Below are positions 1 to 8,683 of a DNA stretch of 16,136 bases, piece after piece. Position numbers and translations under genes: made by a program. Every line of letters begins with the position of its first letter. Position 1 is the first letter of the stretch. A model generated the notes under the pieces. That model saw nothing but the letters and a program-made list of their open reading frames with translations. It did no database searches and was not told where the DNA came from. The DNA is from Candidatus Iainarchaeum sp. (lineage in GTDB: Archaea > Iainarchaeota > Iainarchaeia > Iainarchaeales > Iainarchaeaceae). The DNA is taken from NCBI GenBank assembly GCA_038895675.1, contig JAWANB010000019.1:1-16136 (forward strand), written 5' to 3'.

Positions 1-1001
1 TCTCCTTCAAACTTTTGTTTTATTGACTCTATTGTTGGAGCAACGCTATCTATTTTTAGTTGCTTTTCTTTCTCACAAATTCTTTCTTTATAGTCCGCAT
101 ACTCTATTTTCAAAGTTGCTTTTCCAAAATAATTTTCTTTTGGCTTTATTGTGAAACTAAATTTTTTACCAGCGGTCTTCTCAAAAAAAACTTCTTCGCT
201 TTTATTGTCATAACTTATAGAACCTTTCACATAACTTATTTCTTGAGGACTTTCAATCTCTACTTTAGACCCTTTTGTTCCTATACTATCATTAACTTTT
301 ATGCTAATAGAGTTTTCACATTCTTTCCAATCGTTTCTGCCTATTATTATACCACTTATTGCTCCTCTATTTCCAGCTTTATCTAATGCTTGGATTCTAT
401 AATAATAAGCCATTCCTATTTGCAAATTTTCTTCGTCAAAAAAATAATTTGAAGTTGTTTCAAATTTCTTTACTCCTAAGTCATTAGGTAAAAATTCTCT
501 GTCCAAATAATTTCTTCTTAAATTTCTATAAACAAAGTATTTGCTTATGCCAGACTCATCAGAAGCCTCATCCCAAGTAAGCATTATGCCTTTTTTTGTT
601 GAAAAAGCCTTTATGTTAGTTAGCGGCTTTGGTCCTGTAATGTCAATTACTAATATAAATTTAGAGTAATTACTACAAGAATCTTCATCACAAGCTTTTA
701 CAAAAAAATTTCGCTTTCCATCTGTCAAATTTGAAAGAGTAACTTTTGTTTTAGTAACTTTAATCCATTCAGAGTCTTTTGGCTCTTCTCTTGAAGTTAA
801 TTGATATAAATAATAAGAAGCTCCTTGAATTTCTTCAATATTTATTACCGCATAATTGTTATTGCTTAAAACATTACTCTCATGTGTTTCTGATTTAATA
901 TTTGGAGCTTGTAGTTCTGCAATAACTATATTTCCCAAACTCACTATTATTGTTAAAAAAATAATGGAAAGTTTTTCTTTTTGCATTAAGGTAATATTCA
1001 T
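1..1001 (-). CDS. Secreted/cell-surface protein with Ig-like and fibronectin type III domains; 3'-truncated by the window edge and absent from the ORF track
   Basis: Manual translation from ATG 1001 (alternative ATG 986) stays open to base 1. N-terminus MNITLMQKEKLSIIFLTIIVSLGNIVIA|EL resembles a signal peptide. Ig-like segment LTDGKRNFFVKACD..IDITGP; Fn3 signature PKPLTNIKA..IMLTWDEASDESGISKYFVYR..YYYRIQALDKAGN; a further KIDSVAPTI linker. Confidence 0.88.
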   Translation of the reverse strand, partial: MNITLMQKEKLSIIFLTIIVSLGNIVIAELQAPNIKSETHESNVLSNNNYAVINIEEIQGASYYLYQLTSREEPKDSEWIKVTKTKVTLSNLTDGKRNFFVKACDEDSCSNYSKFILVIDITGPKPLTNIKAFSTKKGIMLTWDEASDESGISKYFVYRNLRRNYLDREFLPNDLGVKKFETTSNYFFDEENLQIGMAYYYRIQALDKAGNRGAISGIIIGRNDWKECENSISIKVNDSIGTKGSKVEIESPQEISYVKGSISYDNKSEEVFFEKTAGKKFSFTIKPKENYFGKATLKIEYADYKERICEKEKQLKIDSVAPTIESIKQKFEG

Positions 1002-1009
1002 GCTTTTCC

Positions 1010-1732
1010 CTATAAATGTTTGTTTTGTATTTTTTTCAATTCCTTTTCTGCAGTAGAAAGCCTTTCAAAAGTATCTGTTGGAAACCAATAACCTTTATGT
1101 TTTATTCCACAAAGTTTTCCTTTTTTTGCAAGTTCAGGGAACATTGTTTTTTCTATCAAGTTGAATCCATCTGGTATTAATTCAACAGCCCATTTTTCTA
1201 TAATATAAGCTCCTGCATTTATTAGTTTACTTGGCGCATTTTCTTTTGTTGGTTTTTCCATAAACTCTATTATTTTTCCTTTGTTAAGTTTTGCTACTCC
1301 AAAACCAGTTATGTCTTCCACTTCAACAAGTTGCAAGGTTGCGCCAGCGTTAGACTTTTCATGAAATTTATTTGTTTTTTTAAAATCGTAATTAGCTATG
1401 TTGTCTCCATTCAGCATAACAAACCTTTCATCCAATTTTTCCTTGCAATTTTTTAAAGCTCCGCCAGTCCCAAGAGGTTGGTTTTCAACTGAATAAGTTA
1501 TCTCAACTCCAAAGTCTTCACCATTTTTAAAAAAATTTTCTATTTTTTCGTGCAAATAGCCAGTGCTAAGAATTATTTTGCTAATACCTTGATTGGCTAG
1601 TAGTTCAATATTATATTGTAGAATAGGCTTTCCTAAAATTTTTATTAAAGGTTTTGGAGTTTCTAAAGTAAGTGGCTTTAATCTTTCTCCTTTTCCACCG
1701 GCCAATATAAAAGCTTGTGATATTTTTTGCAT
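1010..1732 (-). CDS. Sugar-1-phosphate nucleotidyltransferase (NTP_transferase, mannose-1-P guanylyltransferase-like), no C-terminal beta-helix
   Basis: Motifs ILAGGKGERLKPLT..PKPL, EN.PLGTGGAL, NGD, EKP, INAGAY. ATG 1732 preferred over TTG 1738. Confidence 0.9.
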   Translation of the reverse strand: MQKISQAFILAGGKGERLKPLTLETPKPLIKILGKPILQYNIELLANQGISKIILSTGYLHEKIENFFKNGEDFGVEITYSVENQPLGTGGALKNCKEKLDERFVMLNGDNIANYDFKKTNKFHEKSNAGATLQLVEVEDITGFGVAKLNKGKIIEFMEKPTKENAPSKLINAGAYIIEKWAVELIPDGFNLIEKTMFPELAKKGKLCGIKHKGYWFPTDTFERLSTAEKELKKIQNKHL

Positions 1733-1756
1733 TACCAATAATTAACAGAGTTTATT

Positions 1757-1777
1757 CTTATAAAGATACTTTTTAGA
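1757..1777 (-). promoter_or_regulatory. Putative BRE/TATA promoter (minus strand AAAAAGTATCTTTATAAG), probably giving a leaderless transcript
   Basis: TTTATAAG ends about 25 nt upstream of ATG 1732, with an A-rich BRE-like stretch upstream of it. Confidence 0.5.
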
Positions 1778-1904
1778 GAATCATAACCTATTTTTTTAAG
1801 TCACGTTTTTTGTTTTTGTTTGGCTTCCAAATAGCTTGAGGTTTTAAAAGTAAAACTATCTTTAATTTTTTGAATTGTACCAATTTCATTTATAATTTCA
1901 TTGT

Positions 1905-1937
1905 TTTTTATAAGTTTGTATTTCTCTTTTTTTAGGT
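1905..1937 (+). promoter_or_regulatory. Putative TATA box (TTTTTATAAG) and AGGT ribosome-binding site for ugd
   Basis: TTTTTATAAG at 1905-1914; AGGT at 1934-1937, 6 nt before ATG 1944. Confidence 0.4.
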
Positions 1938-1943
1938 TTTTTT

Positions 1944-3272
1944 ATGAGAATTAGTGTAATAGGTTCTGGTTATGTTGGTTTAGTTGCTGGTGCTTGTTTT
2001 GCAGACCTTGGTAATAATGTTATTTGTGTTGATATTGACGAAAAAAAAATTTCTATGCTTAAAAGTTGCATAATACCTATTTATGAGCCTGGTCTCAAAG
2101 AAATTGTTGAGAAAAACGTTAATGCAAAAAGACTTTCTTTTACCACTGATTATTCTTTTGCTGTAAAAAATTCTGAAATTATTTTTATTGCTGTCGGTAC
2201 TCCAGAAATGCCTAACGGGAGTGCTGATACTTCTTATGTTATGGAAGCTTCAAGGCAAATAGCTAAAGTAATGGATAATTACAAGATAATTGTTGATAAA
2301 AGTACTGTTCCAGTAGGCACTTCAAGGGAAGTAAAAAATGAAATTGCTAAAATTACTAAACATGATTTTGCTGTTGTTTCCAATCCTGAATTTTTGAGAG
2401 AAGGTTCTGCCTTAAAAGATTTTTTAGAACCTGATAGAGTCGTAATAGGTGCGGATGATAAAAGTGCCGCTGAAAAAGTAGCTTCTTTGTATAAGCCTCT
2501 TAATTGCGAAATCTTGATTACAACTCCTGAAAGTGCAGAAATGATAAAGTATGCTTCCAATTCTTTTTTGGCAACAAAAATTTCTTTCATAAATGAGATA
2601 GCAGCCATTTGTGAGAAAGTAGGTGCTGACATTAAAGATGTAGCAAAGGGAATTGGTTTAGACAAAAGAATAGGTCCTTATTTTTTGAACGCAGGTGCAG
2701 GCTATGGTGGGTCTTGTTTTCCTAAAGACGTAAAAGAATTGCAATTCACAGCGAAAAAGTTCGGTTATGATTTTGGAATATTGCGAGAAACTCAAAAAGT
2801 TAATGAATTGCAAAAACACTTGCCTGTAAAAAAACTTCGTTCTATTTTAGGCAATTTGAAAAACATTAAAGTGGTTTTGTTTGGTCTTTCTTTCAAGCCT
2901 AATACTGATGATATGCGAGAAGCTAGTTCTTTGGTTGTAATAAAAGACCTAGTCAAAGAAGGGGCAAAAGTCGTTGCTGTTGATCCTATAGCCAAAGAGA
3001 AAGCAAAGCAGTTGTTGTTTAAAAAAGATTTTTGGAAAGATGTTAAAGTCCAAGACTTTTCGAGCTTTTTGAGTTTTGAAGATGACCCTTATAAAGCAGT
3101 TCAAGGTTGTGGTGCTTTGATTCTTATCACTGAATGGCAAGAATTTTTAGAGTTAGATTATAGTAAGATAGGCTCTTTAATGAAGTCGAAAATAATTATA
3201 GATGCGAGGAATTCTCTTAATAAAGAAGCTTTAGTTTCTTTAGGTTTTTCTTATATTGGTATTGGCAGGTAA
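1944..3272 (+). CDS. ugd: UDP-glucose 6-dehydrogenase (UDP-glucose/GDP-mannose dehydrogenase family)
   Basis: GSGYVGL Rossmann motif, PIYEPGL, KSTVPVGT, SNPEFLREG, catalytic GYGGSCFPKD, GLSFKPNTDDMRE. Confidence 0.95.
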   Translation: MRISVIGSGYVGLVAGACFADLGNNVICVDIDEKKISMLKSCIIPIYEPGLKEIVEKNVNAKRLSFTTDYSFAVKNSEIIFIAVGTPEMPNGSADTSYVMEASRQIAKVMDNYKIIVDKSTVPVGTSREVKNEIAKITKHDFAVVSNPEFLREGSALKDFLEPDRVVIGADDKSAAEKVASLYKPLNCEILITTPESAEMIKYASNSFLATKISFINEIAAICEKVGADIKDVAKGIGLDKRIGPYFLNAGAGYGGSCFPKDVKELQFTAKKFGYDFGILRETQKVNELQKHLPVKKLRSILGNLKNIKVVLFGLSFKPNTDDMREASSLVVIKDLVKEGAKVVAVDPIAKEKAKQLLFKKDFWKDVKVQDFSSFLSFEDDPYKAVQGCGALILITEWQEFLELDYSKIGSLMKSKIIIDARNSLNKEALVSLGFSYIGIGR

Positions 3273-3275
3273 GTT

Positions 3276-4013
3276 ATGCAAGCTTTGATTTTGGCAGCAG
3301 GTTATGCTACGAGGCTTTGGCCTCTAACAAAGAACACGCCTAAGCCCCTTTTAGAAGTGAAAGGCAAACCAATAATTGACCATATCCTGTCAAAAATAGA
3401 AGAAGTTTCTTTGATAGACAAAGTTTATGTTGTTACAAACGAAAAGTTTTTTCAGAATTTTGAAGATTGGGTTAAAAAAACAAAAACTAGGTTAAAAATA
3501 AAAGTAATTGACGACATGACAACGTCAAACGAAGATAGGAAAGGTGCTGTAGGTGACATCGTTTTTGCTATAGATGAAGAAAAAATTGAAGACGATCTTT
3601 TAGTAATAGCTGGCGACAATTTGTTTGAGTATAGTGTTTCCGAGTTTGTGAACTATTACTATTCTAAAGGCTCAAGTGTGGTAGCATGCAAAGATATGAA
3701 TTCAAAAGAGCAAGTTAAAGGAAAGTTTGGCGTGGTAGAATTATCAAAAGATAATCAAATAGTAGGGTTTGAGGAAAAACCATTAGAACCAAAAACAACA
3801 ATAGCTTCTACTGCGTGCTATATTTTCACGAAACAAGATTTAAAAGAGATAAAGTATTATGCTAATTCCGAGAATCATAAAGATAATTCGGGAGATTTTA
3901 TAAGATGGTTGTCAAAGCACAAGAAGGTTTACGCGTGGGTATTTAAGGAAAATTGGTTTGACATAGGTAGCTTTGAAAGTCTTGGAAAAGCAAGGGAAGA
4001 ATTTAGGCCCTAA
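3276..4013 (+). CDS. Sugar-1-phosphate nucleotidyltransferase family protein
   Basis: LAAGYATRLWPLT..PKPLL, IAGDNLF, FEEKP, WFDIG. Starts 3 nt after the ugd stop; the 3' end overlaps the convergent GT2 gene by 11 nt. Confidence 0.9.
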   Translation: MQALILAAGYATRLWPLTKNTPKPLLEVKGKPIIDHILSKIEEVSLIDKVYVVTNEKFFQNFEDWVKKTKTRLKIKVIDDMTTSNEDRKGAVGDIVFAIDEEKIEDDLLVIAGDNLFEYSVSEFVNYYYSKGSSVVACKDMNSKEQVKGKFGVVELSKDNQIVGFEEKPLEPKTTIASTACYIFTKQDLKEIKYYANSENHKDNSGDFIRWLSKHKKVYAWVFKENWFDIGSFESLGKAREEFRP

Positions 4014-5001
4014 TTTTAATCATTTTATTAAAAAAGCCAGCTGGTAATCCAAGCATAAAAGCCAAAGTTCTTACTTGGATCATTAGAAAAGCAAATACTG
4101 ACATTTTAATGTCTTTTTTTGCCATTAGCCAACAAGACTTGAATACTGTTAGAGTAGCTATTATTAAGAGCACAAAGTTTATTGCAAACATTATTTCTGC
4201 CATGCTTTGCATTTCAAGAAAATAAAATAAAGGAACTAAAAACCACATTAAAGTGCCAAAATAAGCTGCCAGCACTTGCACTTTTATAGAGTTCAAAGTA
4301 TAAGAATCATTAATTATTTTATCAGGATGCTTAGAGTAAAGGTTAATCCTGTAAAAAGCCCTATAAAACTTCACCCAAAAATATTTTGAAATAGTTTCAG
4401 GGTGAGAATGATAAACAATCGCTTTTGGATTAAACACCAATTTTCCTTTTGTTTTTGAGACTTTAAAACTCAATTCAGGATCTTCACCAGAAGCTTGAGG
4501 AAAAGACTCATCAAAACCTTTAACTGCAAAGAAAATATTTTTTTTATAAGCTGCAGAATAACTTCCAATCCAGTCAATTTTTTTTGAGTTAAGCATTTTT
4601 TCGTATCTTTCTTCTATTTCATATTGCACGAATTTAGCAACTAAACTTTCTTGTTTTGTCTTATAAGCTCCTTGAACACCAACGACTTCTTTATCTTTAA
4701 AAGGTTCTAACATCTCTTTCAACCAATTTTTGTCAGCTATACAATCAGAGTCAATAAACAACAAAACTTTTCCTTTAGCTATTTTTGCTCCATTGTTTCT
4801 TGCCTTTGCAGGACCTGAATTTTTTTGCTTAAATAAAATAACTTTTTCTTTTTCAACTATGTCTGTTGTTCTGTCTGTAGAACCATCATCCACAACTATT
4901 ATTTCATACTTTCCATCGTAATCCTGATTTTTTAATGCTTTAATACATTCCTTGATAGTTTTTTCGCTATTGAAAGTCGGAACTATTATGCTAGCATCCA
5001 T
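4003..5001 (-). CDS. Glycosyltransferase family 2 (GT-A) with C-terminal transmembrane segments
   Basis: SIIVPTFN, VDDGSTD, GPAKARN.G, FIDSDC (DxD), GFDESF..GEDPELS, hydrophobic C-terminus. GTGA RBS-like element upstream. Confidence 0.92.
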   Translation of the reverse strand: MDASIIVPTFNSEKTIKECIKALKNQDYDGKYEIIVVDDGSTDRTTDIVEKEKVILFKQKNSGPAKARNNGAKIAKGKVLLFIDSDCIADKNWLKEMLEPFKDKEVVGVQGAYKTKQESLVAKFVQYEIEERYEKMLNSKKIDWIGSYSAAYKKNIFFAVKGFDESFPQASGEDPELSFKVSKTKGKLVFNPKAIVYHSHPETISKYFWVKFYRAFYRINLYSKHPDKIINDSYTLNSIKVQVLAAYFGTLMWFLVPLFYFLEMQSMAEIMFAINFVLLIIATLTVFKSCWLMAKKDIKMSVFAFLMIQVRTLAFMLGLPAGFFNKMIKIRA

Positions 5002-5005
5002 TTTA

Positions 5006-5578
5006 TCACTTTACTTTAATTGATTTTACTATCATTTCTTCTTGCAAAGATTTAGGCAAAAAATAATGAAGTATTTTTCTAAACGCAAAACTCCACTTGT
5101 TTTTACTTCCATAAGAATTTTCTTCAGTGTAAGGTTGGCAATAATAATCAACGACTTTGAAGCCATTTTCTTCAAGTAAAGATTTTAGTTCTTGAAAATT
5201 GAACAAACTAAAATGCAATGGTGCGTGATAGTTATGGAAAATTCTGTTTATTAGGCTGTCTCTATTTGGAGTGGTTATTATTATCACTCCATTTTTTTTG
5301 AGAACCCTATTTGCTTCCTTTACAAAATTTTTTGGTTTATGAAGATGCTCTATTAATTCTCCTGCAAATATCGAGTCAAAATAATTACTTTTAAAAGGTA
5401 TTTTTTTTTCTGCACTTGCTTTTTTGTAATTTTTTGAGTTCTTTTTTACTTCAATGTCTATGCCATAAACATTTTTGCCAAAAGCATTTACTAATTTTGT
5501 ATGTAATTCTCCAACGGAAAAACCTACATCTAATATTTTTCCATTAAGGTTTTTGAGAGCATATTCTATTCTGTCCAT
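5006..5578 (-). CDS. Class I SAM-dependent methyltransferase (Methyltransf_11/23-like)
   Basis: ILDVGFSVG motif I, YGIDI, FDSIFAGELIEHL, RVLKKNGVIIITTPN. Confidence 0.88.
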   Translation of the reverse strand: MDRIEYALKNLNGKILDVGFSVGELHTKLVNAFGKNVYGIDIEVKKNSKNYKKASAEKKIPFKSNYFDSIFAGELIEHLHKPKNFVKEANRVLKKNGVIIITTPNRDSLINRIFHNYHAPLHFSLFNFQELKSLLEENGFKVVDYYCQPYTEENSYGSKNKWSFAFRKILHYFLPKSLQEEMIVKSIKVK

Positions 5579-5632
5579 AGCATCGACTTATTTTAAAAAC
5601 AATTTAAATAAAAGTCTTTTTTTGGTGTCAAG

Positions 5633-7123
5633 CTACGAGACTTGCTTTTCTGCAGCTGATTTTTTCCAAAAGTCTATGTCAAAGAGGTATTTTGCAAAAG
5701 TTTTTGCACCCATCAAAAGCCGTGGAGCTTCTCTTGGCTGTGTTATAATCAATTTTATCCTACTTAGTATGTACTCGGGCCTCATGTAAAATTCTTTTCT
5801 TGCCCAATCACAGGCTTCAACGAGCTCTTTAGCAGAAAGCTTGTCAGTGTTTATTATAGTATTGTGGGTTCCTTCTGGCGTAAGCCATTCGGACCAATTT
5901 GTTGTTGAGAGAAAATTATTCTCAGAAGCCCACTTGAAAGCCTCAGTACCAGGGTAAACCATTAGAGGAAAGAATTGTGCAGTGTCAGGCGCTAATTTTT
6001 TCGCCCACTCAACAGTCTTCCTTATTGTTTCTTTAGTTTCGCCTTTGTTTCCAAGCATAAAACAGCCGTGCACTAAAATGCCTGCTTTTTTTGTATCTTT
6101 CATGAATTGCTCTATTTTTTCTATTCTTGTTCCTTTTTTTATGTTGTTAAGTATTTGTTGGTCAGCGCTTTCAAAACCAACACACGCAAGTCTGCAACCT
6201 GCTTTTTTCATCCATTGCAATGTCTCTAAATCAACATCTGCCCTTGAATTACAAGTCCAGGTGACTTTAAGATTTCTTTCGCAAATTTCTTTACATAACT
6301 CTATTGTTCTTTGCTTGTCCTGAGTCAGAGTGTCATCTTCTATCATTACGTCTTTAACATAAGGCAAGTTTTTGTTTATCCACTCTAATTCATCAACAAC
6401 ATTCTTTACGCTTCTTGCTCTATAAGTATGCCCTGTCAAAGTTTGAGGCCACTTACAAAAAGTGCATCTAAATTTACAACCTCTACCTGTTATTATTGTT
6501 ACTTCAGGATAAAGTACTGAAGGATAAAAGTAATCTCTTATTTTCAAATGCCTATTATAAACATCACTAACAAAAGGAATTTGGTCTAAATCGTTTTGCT
6601 CTAAAGGAGGCATGTTAGGATTAAATTGTATATTTCCTTCTTCGTCTCTATAAGTTATACCAAGCACATTTTCCAATCCTAAATTTTTTTCAAGAGCCTC
6701 AGCCAAATCTCTTACTATAAAATCATACTCTCCTCGAGCGACAGCATCTATCTTATCACTTGCCTTTAATGACAATTCAGGCAAAGCTCCAACATGAGTA
6801 CCAACCATTAAAGTAAAAGAATCAGGGCTTATTTCTTTCAATCTTTCAACTACTTTAACATCATTGTTAAAAGAAGCAGTCACAGAGTCAACGACTATTA
6901 GCTTAGGCTTCCATTCAGAAACTATTTTCTCGACTTCTTCCATTTTCATTCCAGAAGCAGGACAATCAAGTAACTTGACTTCATGCCCGGCCTTTTCAAG
7001 CACGCCAGTAGCATAAGCTAACCAAATAGGGTAATAAACGCAACCACCTTTAGATATTGCGGGACTTCTACTCGTTCTTGAAAACCTATACAAAAAAGGT
7101 GGGTTAAGCATTAATATTCTCAT
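5633..7123 (-). CDS. B12-binding-domain radical SAM enzyme, HpnJ/calditol-synthase-like
   Basis: N-terminal cobalamin-binding-type domain (LNPP..YPIWLAY..VGTH..RGEYD). GRGCKFRCTFCKWPQT contains CxxxCxxC. Also YRARSV.NV, EDDT, VGFES..QQILNNIKKG, HGCFMLG..GET, YPGT. The class is secure; the HpnJ subfamily call is from recalled motif similarity. Confidence 0.9.
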   Translation of the reverse strand: MRILMLNPPFLYRFSRTSRSPAISKGGCVYYPIWLAYATGVLEKAGHEVKLLDCPASGMKMEEVEKIVSEWKPKLIVVDSVTASFNNDVKVVERLKEISPDSFTLMVGTHVGALPELSLKASDKIDAVARGEYDFIVRDLAEALEKNLGLENVLGITYRDEEGNIQFNPNMPPLEQNDLDQIPFVSDVYNRHLKIRDYFYPSVLYPEVTIITGRGCKFRCTFCKWPQTLTGHTYRARSVKNVVDELEWINKNLPYVKDVMIEDDTLTQDKQRTIELCKEICERNLKVTWTCNSRADVDLETLQWMKKAGCRLACVGFESADQQILNNIKKGTRIEKIEQFMKDTKKAGILVHGCFMLGNKGETKETIRKTVEWAKKLAPDTAQFFPLMVYPGTEAFKWASENNFLSTTNWSEWLTPEGTHNTIINTDKLSAKELVEACDWARKEFYMRPEYILSRIKLIITQPREAPRLLMGAKTFAKYLFDIDFWKKSAAEKQVS

Positions 7124-7129
7124 TTTCTA

Positions 7130-7185
7130 ACCTCAACACTCCATTTAAATTAAATAATATTACGCCACTTAAAAAGCCTTTTTGG
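7130..7185 (-). promoter_or_regulatory. Putative BRE/TATA promoter and Shine-Dalgarno site for the radical SAM gene
   Basis: Minus strand CCAAAAAGGCTTTTTAAG (7185-7168); GAGGT (7134-7130) lies 6 nt before ATG 7123. Confidence 0.55.
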
Positions 7186-7206
7186 TACGTTAATTAATTT
7201 GCTTTC

Positions 7207-8610
7207 CTAATCTTTTCTCATGTACAAATTTTCATATTTAGTTTCTTCAAAGCCTAATCCTCTAATATCACAATTATTTTCCTTAGTTTTTATCCAATAT
7301 ACGAACTTTGGTTTTTTTTCTTCAATTAGTTTACAAGAATTGTAATCTGAAAATTTGCCATTTGTAATTTTATTATAAGTTCCTAAATTAGAATTTGAAT
7401 TTGCACCAAACCAAATGTAATGAACATCTTGACTAAATAAGTTCATTTTATTTCCGTTTCCAAAAAAATAATCTTCTTTTGTCGTGTTTTCTTTTATGAA
7501 TTCAAACCTTTCTATTTCTGCAAAATTTGTTTTTTGTAAAGACCAAACAATATTACCCAAAGGATAACTAATAATCAAAAACAAAACAATTATCTTATAA
7601 ATTTCTTTTACTTTAAAAGAATTGTATAATTTTGCCAAAAAGTAAGCACCTATTATAGAAATTATTACCATTGCTGTCATAAAATATTGTAGGAAAGGAG
7701 TTTTAGTGAAAAAAGTAGTTAAAAGAAGAATGAATAAAACAAAATACAAGAATTTTAAATAAAAGTTTTTTTCTTTACCATTTATTATTTCAATTAAACC
7801 TAAAATCATTAGAGCCCAAACAAAAAAATTCTTTGCAAAAAATCCAATGTTGTTTAAAGGTGAAAAGCTTAAAGCAAAAAACAAGTTAACGAGCCATGAA
7901 CCAATGATATAATCGTTTAAGGCACCAACAAAAATCATATACCCTAAGAAAAATATTATTGGCAGTAAAAAAGAAACTGAAAAAATTAGTGTTTGTTTCA
8001 ATTTTAATTCTTTATTAACAATTTTTAAGTAAATCAAAAAGAGTATTATAGCTAAAAATAGTGCTATTGCTTTTTGCAAAAATAAGAAAGATATTGCTAA
8101 TACAATTCCTGAAAGAATAAGTAACTTATCATTTTTTGTCTTAAAATATTTTATCATCAACCAAATTGAAATTATGCTAGTTAGAGTTTGTGGAACGTCT
8201 GGTCTTATTTCTATTGCCTTGTGTAAAAAAGCAAGGTTAGTTAAAAGTAAAATTATTGTAATGTAAGAAACTTCTTTTGAATCTGTTATTTCTTCAACTA
8301 TCTTTTTAGTAAAATATGCTATTGCTAATATAGAAAGAAACATCAAAAATCTGAAAAAGAAAATAATGTTGGGCGATTCATAAATAGCCACAAAAGGAGC
8401 CATCAAATACCAAAATAACGGGTTATGTGATTGAAAAAAATCTTTGTAAGGTATTTTGCCTTCTTTTATGTACCATGCTGAATGAATGTGTTCTATTTCA
8501 TCATGGTCCATTATTCTTACAATTGATAAAACTAAAACTAAAAATGTTAGTATTATAATTGTTGTTTTTAGAATTTTTGAATAGTCTAAATTGCTTTTCA
8601 TTTTTAGCAT
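7207..8610 (-). CDS. Multi-pass membrane glycosyltransferase, GT-C fold (ArnT/PMT_2-like)
   Basis: First loop DHDEIEH..AW....G..PYKDFF..HNPL (acidic DE pair), EIRPD motif, many hydrophobic helices and a soluble C-terminal domain. Start uncertain (TTG 8622, ATG 8610 or ATG 8601). Confidence 0.8.
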   Translation of the reverse strand: MLKMKSNLDYSKILKTTIIILTFLVLVLSIVRIMDHDEIEHIHSAWYIKEGKIPYKDFFQSHNPLFWYLMAPFVAIYESPNIIFFFRFLMFLSILAIAYFTKKIVEEITDSKEVSYITIILLLTNLAFLHKAIEIRPDVPQTLTSIISIWLMIKYFKTKNDKLLILSGIVLAISFLFLQKAIALFLAIILFLIYLKIVNKELKLKQTLIFSVSFLLPIIFFLGYMIFVGALNDYIIGSWLVNLFFALSFSPLNNIGFFAKNFFVWALMILGLIEIINGKEKNFYLKFLYFVLFILLLTTFFTKTPFLQYFMTAMVIISIIGAYFLAKLYNSFKVKEIYKIIVLFLIISYPLGNIVWSLQKTNFAEIERFEFIKENTTKEDYFFGNGNKMNLFSQDVHYIWFGANSNSNLGTYNKITNGKFSDYNSCKLIEEKKPKFVYWIKTKENNCDIRGLGFEETKYENLYMRKD

Positions 8611-8683
8611 TTTTTCTACCAAAATTTAATAAACTGTTGTTTATTAAGAACTAATAAAAATAAGATTTATTTAGGTGTTTTTT

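Noticed and set aside
60..1056. Plus-strand ORFs 60..386 and 856..1056
   Set aside because: Antisense shadows of the minus-strand Ig/Fn3 gene; Phe-rich, with no recognisable motifs.
4003..4013. 11-nt overlap of convergent 3' ends
   Set aside because: Common in compact genomes; no sign of truncation in either protein.
2279..6323. Short ORFs 2279..2665, 2792..2995, 2949..3140, 4730..4921, 5475..5789, 5982..6323
   Set aside because: All lie antisense to well-supported genes and have no recognisable domains.
5633..7123. Annotation as BchE (Mg-protoporphyrin cyclase) or as evidence of hopanoid synthesis
   Set aside because: BchE is a generic family label. The context is sugar metabolism in an archaeon, with no tetrapyrrole or squalene-hopene cyclase genes in the window.
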